64,000 nt of DNA from Lytechinus pictus (GCF_037042905.1 NC_087251.1:44888001-44952000); one strand, 5' to 3'; counted from the first letter of the stretch, positions 12,568-24,936 are shown. The notes: generated by a model from the sequence alone, not told the origin. Numbers and translations: made by a program.

Positions 12568-13350
12568 GGGAAGTTTTGTTGGAAAAGACTCAAGGCATCA
12601 AGACAGTCGTCAACAAACTCAATGAGATTGACAACACCTACCGGTTTTTCAACATGGAGTGCATCGCAGGAGACCCTGATACAGTGGTGACGGTCAAAGA
12701 AAACCATGGAGCCTATTCCTTTGACTTTGCCAAAGTGTACTGGAACCCCCGCTTATCTACGGAACATCAGCGCATCATTGATAAACTCCACCCAAGTGAC
12801 GTTGTATATGACATGTTTGCCGGTGTTGGACCATTTGCTGTTCCTGCAGCTAAAAAGGGATGTGAAGTATTTGCCAATGACTTGAATCCGGAATCCTTCC
12901 GATGGTTGCAGGAGAATGCAAAACAGAACAAACTCTCCAGGAGACTGAGGGCATTAAACTTGGATGGTCGAGAGTTTGCCGTTGACGTCGTTAAACCAGA
13001 CTTGGTCGTCAAAGCTAAAGAAGGCTTCAATCACAGAGCACACATCATCATGAATCTCCCTGCGATTGCTGTGGAATTTCTAGACATTTTCCCATCCCTT
13101 CTCAGCCTTGTGCCATCAGAACTCAAAGAGAAGATCCCAGAAGTTATTGTCCATTGCCATGGCTTCTCCAAATCAGAGAACCCTGCTGAGGATATCCAGA
13201 ACAGGGTGGAAGACATCTTGAAGTGTAGGTTGAACTGTCCTTTGATCCATGATGTCAGAGACGTTGCTCCCAATAAAGAGATGATGTGTATCAGCTTCTC
13301 TGTGCCTCCATCTGTCTTGTTTGCTCCAACTGATAAAGATGATTGTGAAG
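12568..13350 (+). CDS. TRMT5: Trm5 coding exon 2 (SAM-binding Met-10+ domain)
   Basis: Motifs FDFAKVYWNPRLSTEH, DMFAGVGPFAVPA, ANDLNP, IIMNLP, VRDVAPNKEMMCISF; acceptor TTCAG| at 12567; donor GAAG|GTAAG at 13351; phases match. Confidence 0.96.
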
Positions 13351-13958
13351 GTAAGTTTGATGAATAATCATTTATGGTTAGGGATATGTTTATCGTAACA
13401 TTTGTAGTGACTATTTAATGTCATAGAGCATATTTTTTGGAGAGATTTCAAGGCAAAGCATTGTACAGTGTACACTTTCAGTCACTATCTTTGCAAGTAA
13501 AAAACTCGCTAAACAATTTATTTCAAAGGTGAAATATTTGATAAGACTATAGTTTCATTTGATTTTTCAACCATTTTAAAATCGACAAATTCAAAGAGAA
13601 TGATCAGAAAATTTTAATTGAGAGAGACATTCCTTTGTGTGCTGACATATTTATTTTGGTGGGGGCAAATATTTATGGAATCATCCCTGATTAATGAAGA
13701 AATGTATGCTTTACAAATGTTCTTCTAGCAAATTGTATCACATACCTTCATCTGAATTACATATCAGTGTTTACTTGGCATATTAAAAGATTAGTTTGAT
13801 TTTTCCCGACTTCATGACACAACTGAGGGTTTTTTTCACAAAGATTTAAGTGTGACTTAGTCGCATTTAGATTTCAGTAGCATGCGGTTATATAAGACAT
13901 CTCTGCACTGGACAGGTTGTGTGCACTACTGCATATCCATCCATCAGATTGCGTGTTA

Positions 13959-14169
13959 AGGCCCTGTCACATCGTTCCGTGCTAGCCTTGCGGGTGATTG
14001 CCCACAACTCGCCCGCAATAATGTTTTGAGCATGTTCAAAACTTTTCTGCGTGCACTTTTGCATCTGAGTTGCGTGCGAGATACTGTCAATGCGGGCGAC
14101 CTGCGGGTAACAAAAACAGGTACTCGCAAGTCACACGCAAGGCTTGCACGGAACAATGTGACTGGGCTT
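13959..14169. mobile_element. Short MITE (TIR AGGCCCTGTCACATCGTTCCGTGC / GCACGGAACAATGTGACTGGGCTT), nested in another inverted-repeat element (~13826-14237)
   Basis: TIRs seen directly; Harbinger-like termini are an inference. Confidence 0.65.
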
Positions 14170-14469
14170 TTAGATAATGTGTGTGTTGGCGTTTAAGCAA
14201 GATACAATGTCTCACTTAACGTTATTGAAACACCCCTAGGGACCCGTAACACAAAGCTTAGCCAAGAATGATAGTAGAACATTCTCTACGATTGACTGCA
14301 TTAACTACAATGTACAATCAAACGTCAAAATCAAGCGTACAATTAATTGCTAAACTTTGTGTTACGGATCCGTGGAGTTCTAACAGGTTGTGCAGCAAAT
14401 ATATAGAAATCTTATTCATTAAGTCTGTCCTTTTTTTCTCTCTATCTTATTTGATTTGTATACCTGTAG

Positions 14470-14549
14470 GAGACAAGACTGAACAATCAGAGTGTACAGA
14501 AGGATCAACTCAAGATGAACCTGACAAGAAGAAACCAAGGATACAATGA
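14470..14549 (+). CDS. TRMT5: Trm5 terminal coding exon (GDKTEQ...PDKKKPRIQ*)
   Basis: Acceptor CTGTAG| at 14469 after a pyrimidine tract; phase 1 matches; total CDS 574+783+80=1437 nt (478 aa). Confidence 0.8.
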
Positions 14550-15054
14550 AATTTACTATTAAGGAATATATTTTTAGCAAGGATTTTATTCTCTTTAAGT
14601 TTTATTTTTCACAGTAGTGCCTACCTCAAATTGCTGTCACACTAATTTCTTACAAGGTAATTAATTGCTTTGTTTGCTACCCCAACCAGATTTTTTTTAA
14701 AGTATGACAGGAAATCATATTAGTGTTACTAGCCTGGTGGGTGTTTCATAAAGCTGGTTGTTATTTACAAGCAACTTTATGGATGACTGGTGACCCTTCT
14801 TAGGAAATATATCAACACCAATGGAAATCTGGTGTGTACCATGAAGCACAAGAAAGGATCGAGCATTTGGAAGGCTGCTTGAAACTTATGAACAGTTTGT
14901 GAAACACCCACCTAAACTACTCTATTTTTTACTCCTTGTAAAGATACATGTATGCCCATTACTTGGGAAGATATCCAGTGGGTAGACTTGTGAAATCTGT
15001 CCATGGTATGTATATCGAGGCATCCATGATACATTGCATTACCATATTGTTATT

Positions 15055-15577
15055 GGCCCGTATTCTGAAGTCGGGTTTAACTGAAAATCAGGTTTAAAGT
15101 TGTGGCCTAAATATGGATAGCCAATTGTTACATAAATCACTTACGGTAGAGATATCATATTTCAGCTCATTTTGCTCTTAAATTGAATTGAATTGAATTG
15201 AATTGAATTGAATTTATTCAAACCAGTCAAAGGAGATCAAAATACAAACAAAATAAATGGTTACATTATAAAGAACTAAAACAAATGACATGTTTGGGAC
15301 CCCAAAGAAGCACAGCTTGTAATCAGGGGCCCCTGCATAAGATATTTTACTCAAACATGGAATAACTATGAGAATAAGAAGAAAAAAAAAAAATCATTCA
15401 TAATTACCTAGGAAGAATAAATAGATAATTGTCTTTACCATCGATGAATCAGGAAAGAGCACATTAAACATAAGAAACATACAACTTAATATTAAACTTT
15501 GACACTTTTGGTTTCCCATAATTTTAGCACAGAGTTAGACCATGGTCTAAGTTAAACCTGACTTTAGAATACGGGCC
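15055..15577. mobile_element. Harbinger-like MITE (TIR GGCCCGTATTCTGAAGTC.GGTTTAAC) carrying a nested insert ~15181-15391
   Basis: TIRs with flanking ATT duplication; an intact copy lies at 32646-32957 (opposite orientation) and a degenerate copy at ~23380-23672. Confidence 0.8.
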
Positions 15578-16599
15578 ATTGTATTTAATGTACAGTTATT
15601 CAAAGAAAGCAGCTCTGGTCAAGTATCTGTATTGGGTGTGGAGTACATATCCTGTATTTTTTTTAATACATTCTGTACCAGATAAAAAATGATAAGTCAA
15701 TATCCGAAACATTGACAAGTTCTTAGTTATATTGTGTCTTACCCACTTGCAAAAATAACTGTATATAATGCGATCTCCGCTGCCACGCAACAGAATTCTA
15801 TCCATTGCTCATTGTGCTAAATCTATCATCGAATGTAACATCCCATTTCATTTCTTCTCGTGCAACCATCATTGGCAATATGCAGGCATTGGCGGCGGAA
15901 GCCAAAAATTTAGGGGAGACCACCAAAAATTTTTGACAAGCAAAAAAAAAAAAAAAGTTATCAACAAGAAATTTAGGAGGGGATCGTCCCCCACCGCTGC
16001 CTATGTATGCAGGTCTCTCAAGTTCATCTATCATTGGTTGCCATTACAGCAACGCGTGCATAGTTATGTGTTATAAAAGAGTTATACAAGCACACTTTAA
16101 TGCTTGACCTACATAACCAATGTCCTTTATGTAATCCTGATCACTTTGTGGCCATATATTTCAGTATCCATACAGGAAATCAGGTACCCTCAACCACTAT
16201 CCCTGCATCTTTCTAGGGGTAGCCCTCTGGTTACATCATCCGCGGGGTTCAGGTCGGATCTGACATTTTGCTTCTGTTTCCGATCAGACATTTCTCTTAT
16301 AGTCGTCGCCCTATTTGCTTGAAAGGTTCAAAACTGCATGCCCTCATTGTTAAAGTAATGATACACGATAGAGCTGTCAGTCCTAGACACTGACTTGTGT
16401 AGTTGGAGATGCGTAGTTACAGCTAGGCGAGCGGCCATTATTTTCAGCCGTAGGAGTGTCCCCTTCTGAGAGGGGCAGGACTAGCTGTCTCAATATTACA
16501 GGAAACTTCTCCCTGTCTCATTTCCTTACAAATTTCTCCAAGGCATCACTAAAGTGGTGAAGCTGATATTTCTTCATAAGTCTCAAGTCATATATGATC

Positions 16600-16890
16600 T
16601 GTAACACCTGCTAACTCTGACATCTTGCACAACTCATTTGCCATTGATTCCATCTGTCCTGACAGAATACCAAATGGTACAGGTTCATCCCATCAAAGCT
16701 TCATAGTAGCAAGATCTCCAACGAAAATCTTCGCTTTCAGTAAAAATGGAGCAGCGAACCCGTATGGGTCGTACCAAGGAGCTTCATCGTACATTGATGC
16801 AATTCCACTCAAATGACCTCGGCGGGTCAAGGGCTTATTCCTGTGTACTGTGCAGTGAGTTATGAGGTCCGTCTCTGTATGCCATTATAT
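16600..16890 (-). mobile_element. BEL/Pao LTR retrotransposon pol fragment (post-RT / RNase H region)
   Basis: Translates KPLTRRGHLSGIASMYD...YDPYGFAAPFLLKAKI...*WDEPVP, matching the Pao-type TKR..LS..AS.YDP.G...P....K...WD motif. Confidence 0.8.
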
Positions 16891-17136
16891 AAGAAGAGGA
16901 TCTTATTCAAATCTAAACCCTTTCAATTTTCAATTCAATTCAATTGTTTAATTTTCCACTTTCAATTTCAATTTCATATTTACAATTATGACACAATTTA
17001 CATAGTAACATATAATCACATTTGAAGTATATTAAGAAATTGATAACATTATAACATTACAATAGACAATTATCAAATTGAAAGGGAGGGAGGGCCATAG
17101 ACAAAATAATATTTACTTAATCTTGGCCATGTCTTC

Positions 17137-17678
17137 TCAAGAATGAATAATGATAGGAGATGCCTTATCTTCCTTCCTCAGGTATATCTTTCCATTATAT
17201 GTCCGAAGGAACTTGAAGCCGGCCTTCTTCCTTTCCACGTTCACTTCTCCCAAAAGAGCTTGAGTTGCAGGGATCAGATTTTTATTGATGAAGATCTTTC
17301 CAGCCGGTGCTCCATGGATTCCAACATCCTTCGTCGAAACGCTTCTCATCGGTTGCCTTCCTTCGTACACTTCATTCCAAAATCGGCGATTCGTAAATCT
17401 CATGATGATGGGTCTCGCACCTCGTCGATCTTTAGGGGAACCAATGCGATGGGCGATTTCGATGTCTTCATGATCATCTGATCCACCTTTTGTGCCACCT
17501 TGCGTGCTATCTCCTCCGGATTTTCATCCTTCTGCTCCGGAATTCCCGCTATCTCGAGATTCTCCCTGCGATGATACTGGTTCAGGTCTCGAACTTCTCC
17601 ACTCAAGTCGCCAACTCTCTCCTCCATATTTCTGTTCTTTGCTTTCAACTCCTTATTCTCATTTTGCAGCATCTCCAC
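17137..17678 (-). mobile_element. Non-LTR (CR1/Crack-type) ORF1 fragment, frameshifted, followed by a LINE-like 3' tail to ~16921
   Basis: Coiled coil plus LNQYHRRENLEIAGIPE..ENPEEI, then KIFINKNL...GFKFLRTYNGKIYLRK in another frame (L1/CR1 ORF1, FP_C-like signature). Confidence 0.75.
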
Positions 17679-17679
17679 C

Positions 17680-17925
17680 GTAACCCTTCACTGGCTTGCT
17701 TCTCTCTTGCTCTGGAATGGAATGAAAGACTTCAGTGTCGTTGCTTGGCCATTTAGTAAGTTTGAACCCTCCCTTTTCAAGGATACTCCTCAATTCTGGG
17801 ACAAGTCTTATGGCATCGGACTTACAGGATACGAGACAGTCGTCCACATAAAAATTATGCAGGACTGCCTAACTGTGTCAGCACTGTTCTCAGCTTCGTG
17901 ATCCTCAGCAGTCCTTTTTAAGGTG
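17680..17925 (-). mobile_element. BEL/Pao reverse transcriptase fragment
   Basis: HNFYVDDCLVS...LEKGGFKLTKWPSN: YVDD catalytic motif plus the Pao GGF.L.KW.SN motif. Confidence 0.85.
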
Positions 17926-17938
17926 AAACTACAAATGG

Positions 17939-18345
17939 CTAGTTAAGTCTCCTGAAGGCCACCACAAATACATCGTCCAAAGAAAGTCCAACGGTTCCTA
18001 TGTCGGTACTAATCAGATGGGTTACAAAATGTTTTTCTTTTTTCTTAGTAGCATCCATATGAGAAGTGATAGGCTGCACACTGCTGGTAATAGACTGGTA
18101 CGCTGCATACTTCGCAAGCATTCCTTGCTCAGTAGCTATGTACCTTATGATAGCATGTTTTGAGAGATGATCTAGCTTTATCTTGGCGACTTTATCAACA
18201 ACAGTTCTTATTATCTGTTACGCTTTGGACGACCCCACCCCCATCCTGAGTAAATCATAAACAACTAAATGAATATCATTGGAGTAGCGACCCTTTTCAA
18301 TTATTTGAATTGGATTTTTCTCACTTTCCATGATTTTGTCAACAT
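17939..18345 (-). mobile_element. Degraded putative DDE transposase fragment, family uncertain
   Basis: Long frame with one internal stop: KGRYSNDIHLVVYDLL...QIIRTVV...EQGMLAK...SHMDATKK...FVTHLISTDIGTVGL. Resemblance to transposase N-terminal regions is from recall only. Confidence 0.4.
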
Positions 18346-18519
18346 TATATTCCAACTCTGCAATTATTTTATTCTGATCCTTTTTTTTTTCTTTAATTTT
18401 CTTATTTTTCTTTAACCATCCTGATTATCTTCCAATTTCTGAATATAGGATCTCAACTTTTCCTTCAAGTTTTTCTTCTCTCTTTTCTTCTTTTGCTTCA
18501 AGTCCTTCGACTTGATCTT

Positions 18520-18990
18520 GCAAGAGCTGCATATACACAAACCAACTGCTTCCTCTCTGAACCCCAGAAGGACACCCAGCAGTCAAGTCTGGACCCTGAA
18601 GCGCAATATCATTCAAAGACTTGCCCATATATTTGTAGCACAGTTAGAGACTCTTCTTGTTTTGTCCTGCTTCTTGTCACTCATCATTGGGAAATATGGT
18701 AAATACCAACCGTAGTTGCCGTATTTACCTCGACTTCCACCTCCTGAGCATAACCCTCTTCCAGAGTGAATGCATCTCCTGGGTGTAGTTGTGATGCAGC
18801 CTCTTATCCCTCGGCAGTCTTTTTCTTTGGTGACTCTAACCTCTTAACAGCATATCATAATTGTCTGGAAGAGCTGGCTGGCTCTGCCTCATGTGAATTG
18901 GCAACTGGCCTTGGTTCATCTGGATGCTGTCATTCCAAATCTTGATTGTTATTGTTCACTGACAATGATTTTGAGTCGTCATTTACTATG
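18520..18990 (-). mobile_element. BEL/Pao pol fragment upstream of the RT core
   Basis: LPDNY..., WYLPYFP...DKTRRVSNCA and GKSLNDIALQGPDLT motifs with frameshifts; colinear with the two other BEL pieces. Confidence 0.8.
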
Positions 18991-19011
18991 TAGAACATCA
19001 GATGACTCAAT

Positions 19012-19690
19012 GGCCCGAATTCTCGAAGGGCGGCTAACTTAGCCCATGGGCTAAATCGCGTCATTTGACATCATTTAGCCCACCGTGCTAAATTTTGCAT
19101 TTCTCGAAGCTCGGCTAAGTTAGCCCGGGCTAAATCATGGGCTAAATCGCGTCATTTGACGTCACAAATTTAGCCACCCCTTTGGCCAGGGGCTAAATCG
19201 TGGGCTAAGTTAGCCCGCCGACTTTGACCAATCAGATAACAGAATTGTAGTAATTTCTCTTCACGAGAAATTGCCGCCAAAAAAGTGCTTGTAAAAGTGT
19301 TGTATTTCCTCTTGCCAAAATATCTAAAGCAGTCATCGCCTGATTATTTGTTCCAAAGTCATCCTTGTTGACTCGCTCAGCTGTGGAGGAGGCCCACCCC
19401 CAGTTTTTTTACTGCTCCTCCTCCACTCGCCATACTCTTTTTTGGCGGTGACCCGCATCTTTTTCCACTTCTCTTTTATTTGAGGAAGAGTATACTTTTG
19501 TCCGAACTTCAGCTCGAAACTGGCTCTCACTGCCTCCCACGCTGCTGTTCTCTTTCTGTTCGTATGAATGTCCATACATTTATTTGCCAATATCGCAGCA
19601 TTGTCATGGGCAGGTTCGAGAAGGTAGTTGATTTCCGCCAATTGCCAGTTGGCACATCTAACTTTATTACCCTCCATTTTGCTGCTATGT
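19012..19690 (-). mobile_element. PIF/Harbinger fragment: terminal region (GGCCCGAATTCTCGAAG plus TTAGCCC/GGGCTAA subterminal repeats) and Myb/SANT ORF 19333-19677
   Basis: The 114-aa ORF has the Myb/SANT-like pattern R..NW...E...LLE...AAWEAV...QIKEKWKKMR..AKK...KKTGGGPPP; the terminus resembles the GGCCCGTATTCT MITE TIRs. Confidence 0.8.
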
Positions 19691-20349
19691 GGGTACTAAT
19701 AATTGTGAAGCGCTTTCAACAGTCGTAGATTGATAAAGCGCTATATAAATGCCAATTATTATTATTATTATTAATATTATTTCTAGCACTTACAGTGTTA
19801 TCTCCTTAGGCAGCATACATGAAGGTACCTGGGGGTCCCCCAGTGCATTTACATGTATTACCTAAGGTTGAATGCCATTGCAGCAACAAGTGCCGAGTTA
19901 TGTGTGATAAGAAAAATGTTTGTTTCCACTTTGGCAATTATTCTACTTACAGAAGGGAAACTTAAACTGAGTCTACTGTTTTCTGTACAGACCTTTTATA
20001 GTTAGAAAACTTTGACTGTTGATCAAAAATAGATGGCCAATTCTTTCAAAATATGTCCTCTATGTATTTTCACACATAGTTAGATATTACTTGAATAATA
20101 ATGTTTATTTATTCCCCACATCCACTTATTTTTCACAGTTCTTTTTCCAGTGGAAAGACCATTTGTTGACAAGGATGAATTGGTTCATATTATAAAGACT
20201 AGTGCAGAAGAAGTCCTTCCACTTCTCTCTAGACTCAGTTCGACAAGTTGTGTGTGATGTTCTTCCATCTATAGAATGTCAAGAAATCTTGTTGAAAGAT
20301 GTTTTGAGGATGTTTGACCAGACAGTTAATAGTGTAGGGGATCATCTCA

Positions 20350-20990
20350 AGGTCCTACTTTCTCAGAAGATTACATCCAATCAGTACAGGATGATCTGTA
20401 TGACCAGCTTGATTCCTTGAATCTTTAGTCACTAAGAAACTACCATCCATTTCTTGACTATTGATGACCACTGGCATTTTGAGATATCCTTCTATCCCTA
20501 TCCCATTCATGAATAAACTGTTAATTTCAAGTCATGTAGTTTGTCCTTCAATTGAGAATGATAGATGGATGACGGAATAATTGAAATCTCTCCACCAGTA
20601 TCTAGCACACATCCTAACTGTACACCAGCAATCTGTACCGTGCCTCTTGGGCGAGGTGATTCCAACCTACGGGCCAACTCATCCAAAGAAGTACATGTAT
20701 CCATCTTTCTGACTTGTGCTGTAGAATTTTCAGTTCTAATAGGATAGGCAACTGGACAATCCTTCCTCAAATGCCTTCTTCCCTCACACCTATAACAAAG
20801 GGATGGCTCAGTACAGTTAGATTTGATATGCCCCTTTTGTCCGCAATTGTAACGCACTATGTCAGTTTCTGTTGTGATTGCAGCTGCTTCACAGATTCTA
20901 CCAGCAAAGCGACTTGTTGCGACAACTATGCGAGACCACTTTGCAACTCATGGGCTTTGTGATTGTTTGCGGCTTTTCTTCAACTGAAAC
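20350..20990 (-). mobile_element. Ty3/Gypsy gag zinc knuckles plus aspartic protease fragment
   Basis: (C)YNCGQKGHIKSNC..CYRCEGRRHLRKDC, LDTGGEISII and, after a frameshift, PVLIGCNLLR. Confidence 0.85.
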
Positions 20991-21309
20991 ACTCGTACTC
21001 CCTTCCTCTTTACTCCTCCATCTTCATCTCTATAAAAAAAATTAAAAACTTGTGATCTCATTTCAAGGAATGTCACTCCTGCGCAGCTCCCTCTTAACCC
21101 ATGGCTCCTTCACTCCTCGCATCACTTATACTTGAGTCTTGGTATGTCTTGGTATAACAATGTCTGAATCTGAATAGTTAGTTGAGTCAGCAAAATGTAG
21201 CTTGATGACACATCCACGATAACTTGATGGAAAGAGTAGTGCACTGTGTGTGGAATGACTTATTGGAGCTGGTTTATTTTTATTTTTTTATTTAAATGTT
21301 TCAATTGAA

Positions 21310-21640
21310 GGGCTATTATGGTATTCACAAAGAAAGAATCATGAAAAACCTGGGCCTCATGGCAAACCTGGTGGATTATTTGGTTGTTCCCCTTGTAGAT
21401 CTTGTATTCTGATGGGCGAACTCATTTATTTAAATATTGGCCAGTCTGTAATTCATCTCATATAGCATGCAGAGTCTAAGGTTCCTTCTTTTTGTCTGAA
21501 GAGATTCCCAGCCAAGATCCCTAAGTACTTTAGTGACAGAGCCCTCTCCCATTTACGAGATGCCAGTGCGAAATCTGGCGGCTGGTCGTTTTAACTCTTG
21601 AGAAAGGTCTCCAACGACCATTTTAATTAATACCCTTAAT
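21310..21640 (-). mobile_element. Non-LTR retrotransposon ORF2 C-terminal fragment
   Basis: RPAARF...SVTKVLRDLGWESLQTKRRNLRLCMLYEM and a downstream RSTRG...SFFVNTI motif. Confidence 0.75.
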
Positions 21641-22208
21641 TATTATAGCAAGAATCTTGTATCATCAGGGTGGCAACAATATAGGACTGTAAAGATGTGG
21701 GAACCATGAGGCCAGTTGCGTAAATGTTACTCTTATGGCAGATTAGCCTTCCAATGCATGGTTACCATGGCATCAATGCTGAACAGTCAATCAAAATCAA
21801 GGATTTCAGATAAGATTACATTGTCACTGTAATAATAACTTTTATGCCACAGTTCCCTAGGGTTGTATTATGGGGGTGTTGCAAGAAAGTTGAGTTGCAG
21901 TGTATCGCAAATGAACTACAAATTTGTATTCAATCAGAAGAGTTTCACTTGGTTTTGGGAGTTGCGCTCGATTCGTTTCTTGCATCGCCCGATTAGTATA
22001 TGTAAAACCATCATTAGGTGACGTGGGGGTCATTTCATAAAACTGTTCGTAAGTTATGCACAACTTTATGCTCAACTAATGACCCTTTCTTGTGCTGAAG
22101 AAGATACCCAAAGTTTTTACTGTTTTATCATAATGGGATCGCATTCTCTATAACCCTAATCAAACTTTAAAAAAAAACTATTCAGAAGCTTGTTAAAGAG
22201 AAATCTAA

Positions 22209-22793
22209 AGGACAAGTATACCAAAAAAAATGTTGTCTTGGATAAGAAGGGAAAATCAAGCAAGCATAACACTGAAAATTTCATCAAAATCGGATGTAAA
22301 ATAAGAAAGTTATGACATTCTAAAATTCGCTGAATTTCACAAAACGGTTATATTCACATCCTAGGACAGTACGTAAATGAGGAGACTGATGACATCCACT
22401 CACTATTTCTTTTGTATTTTATTATATGAAATATTCTAATTTTCTCTTCATTGCTATGTGAAATAAAGTTTGATTCCTTCCTGAACATGTGGAATTACCA
22501 CTGCTTTAACATTTTGTGGTTCAAACATGAGGGTCCTTATAGTCAAATCTGTAAAAATTGAAATATTGTATAATTCCAAGAATAAAAACAAAAGAAATAG
22601 TGAGTGAGGGACTTCATCGACTGTCTCATTTGCATATCACTGTCTTTTGCATATAACTGTTTTGTGAAAAATAAGCAAAACTTTAAAATGTCATAACTTT
22701 AATACATCCAATTTCAATGAAATTTTCAGTGTTATACTTGTTTGATTTTTCTCTATTTATTCAAATCAACTTTTTTCTTGGGGGCATTTACCT
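22209..22793. mobile_element. Kolobok-like MITE family A (~590 bp; AGG.CAAGT...CCT; TTAA sites)
   Basis: Same family at 42014-42603 and 60943-61536, with degenerate or partial copies at ~45830-46470 and ~46606-47083; internal inverted repeats. Confidence 0.75.
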
Positions 22794-23740
22794 TTAATAT
22801 ACAGAGAATAGCTTTTAAATGTATCTGATAAATCAAAGTAATTGAAGGTCAGTAGTGAATATATAGTAATGCATAACCTCGGACAGCTTTACGAAACACC
22901 CACTAGTCTCGTAAATGAGTTGGATTGGAACCAATCAATCTTAACTTAAATAGAAATTGATATGAATCGCCTACAATAGACGGGTGAAATATGAAAAGTT
23001 TTTCATATATATTTTATATACTGAGTAATTCATGGTGGTGTTATTTTCACTTATTTTTGCAAATTTCATGACTGAAAAATCCACAAAATAATTGTTCCCA
23101 TTATACATACATACCTATAAAAGAATCTTATAAATTTCCTGTCTAAAAGCAAATTGATAACATGTTTGCAAAATATATGGCACTTATACAGTTCATATCC
23201 TGGAACACAAGTGTATTTTTGCCATTATATGGTCTTGAAATTTGCAGAAAATATATAATACTACTGCAAAATATCAAACATATACATATATAGTTACTAT
23301 TTCCAGCATCACTTTCTAAAGTTAAATGGAATGTTAAGTTTTTTTTTTTTCATGATTAGTACCAAGATGAGAAACACAGTGGCCCACATTCTGAACTGGG
23401 TTTTATTGTTGTGGTTTATCTATGGATAGCCAATTGTGATGAGTTTTTCTGACAGTTACAAGTTCAATTTGTCAGCTCATTTGATGCTCAAAATCCTCAA
23501 ATCATTCATAACTGACTGGGAATAATTACTGGAATAGTTTCCTTCATCATGGAAACCCAAGGACAAGCCAAGTAAAGAGAGAAAACAATGCAAATTCAAT
23601 TTTGAAATGTTTGGCTTCCCATAAGTCTAACACAGGGTGAGACTATTAAACTAGATTTCAGAATATGGGTCTAAGTAATGGTTTAATTCAGGACATACCC
23701 CAGGATTAGAAAAAAAAAAGTCTATGTGAAAATTTTCCTG

Positions 23741-24381
23741 TATAAACCCCTCAAAAAAAGTTTGGAAATCTGAGTTTGGCCATTAATTTCTCCCAACCCC
23801 CAATTTTACACAATACATATTTGATATCATTCAAAAGATCATTTAATTCTCTTTAAAATGATACTATGCTTGTTATGATCATGCTATCACGAAAAGAGTG
23901 GGATTCGAAAGTGTTGGATGAGGTCTAAATTGAAAAGCTGCAAGACGAGCAGAAATAGTCATGAAGGGTCAATAAAGAACATGATTCTATTGTCTGTCAA
24001 TAGAGATGAAAATCCATTTGAGTCGTGGTTTGAAATACCCATGCATATTTGTTTGTTTGTTATGTGTTTGCTTGTGCAGAGGTGTGTTTGATTCCATATT
24101 AATGTAACAAGAAACCACTAAGAAACTCACTCATCACCATGGAAAAAAAAAGAACAGTGACTTTCAATATTTTGTCATTTTGCAACTTTTGAAGTTTGAC
24201 CTTGCCCCTCATTTCAAGGCACTGCACCTCCATGTGAAACATAATCATATCATGTAGGGTATCATTTTAGAGAGAATTAAATGATCTATTCATTGGTATC
24301 AATCTCACATTAATATTTACTAAGACCGTGGAGGGATTATCGATCAAAGTCAGATTTCAAAACTTATTTTGAGGAGTTTAT
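23741..24381. mobile_element. TA-flanked inverted-repeat MITE (Tc1/mariner-like)
   Basis: TATAAACCCCTCAAAAAAAGTTTGGAAATCTGA pairs with TCAGATTTCAAAACTTATTTTGAGGAGTTTATA. Confidence 0.6.
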
Positions 24382-24936
24382 ATATATATATATGTATATA
24401 TAATATGCAACACTGCATTGGTCAGATTACATATGGGATGCGTACTAATTTATTAGGTTGCACATTGAATATCATGTGCTTGTCAGCACCAAGCAAAGAC
24501 TCTTAATTCTTATTCAAATATTTGTGAATCCCACAGATCTATTCTTATGTTATGTTATGTGGTAGCCATAAAGACAGATATAATAAAGAGCACACATCTG
24601 TTTACAAGATATTATTTCATTTGTTTTTATTGCAAAAAGACTTGATTTTTCTTTTTTGTTGTTGTTTTCTTTTACACTTACATACTTGACACCTAGTACA
24701 CCAACTTTGGTGTTGAAGTGGGAAGTTGGGTGAAAAAAGATAATGGAAAATGAGAAATAAAAGAGTGTGCAAAATTATAAGTGTGAGAAAATGAAAAGCT
24801 AGAATTAGCTGTAACTTAACATTTACAAACACCAATGTCGGTGAATTTTGCAGGCCACTGATGAAAAGTACTTGTCACAGTGATGGTGATTTTCTTTTAT
24901 TTATTTTTATAGAGGGGGGAGTTTGGGGCAATTCAA

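Noticed and set aside
9985-13273. Antisense ORFs overlapping TRMT5 exons (128, 138, 87 and 80 aa)
   Set aside because: They are shadow frames of real coding exons with no recognisable motifs.
19700-19780. Part of the co-oriented TE mosaic
   Set aside because: It is a plus-strand SINE/L2 tail with (TTA)n, so it is an exception to the strand bias and was not counted.
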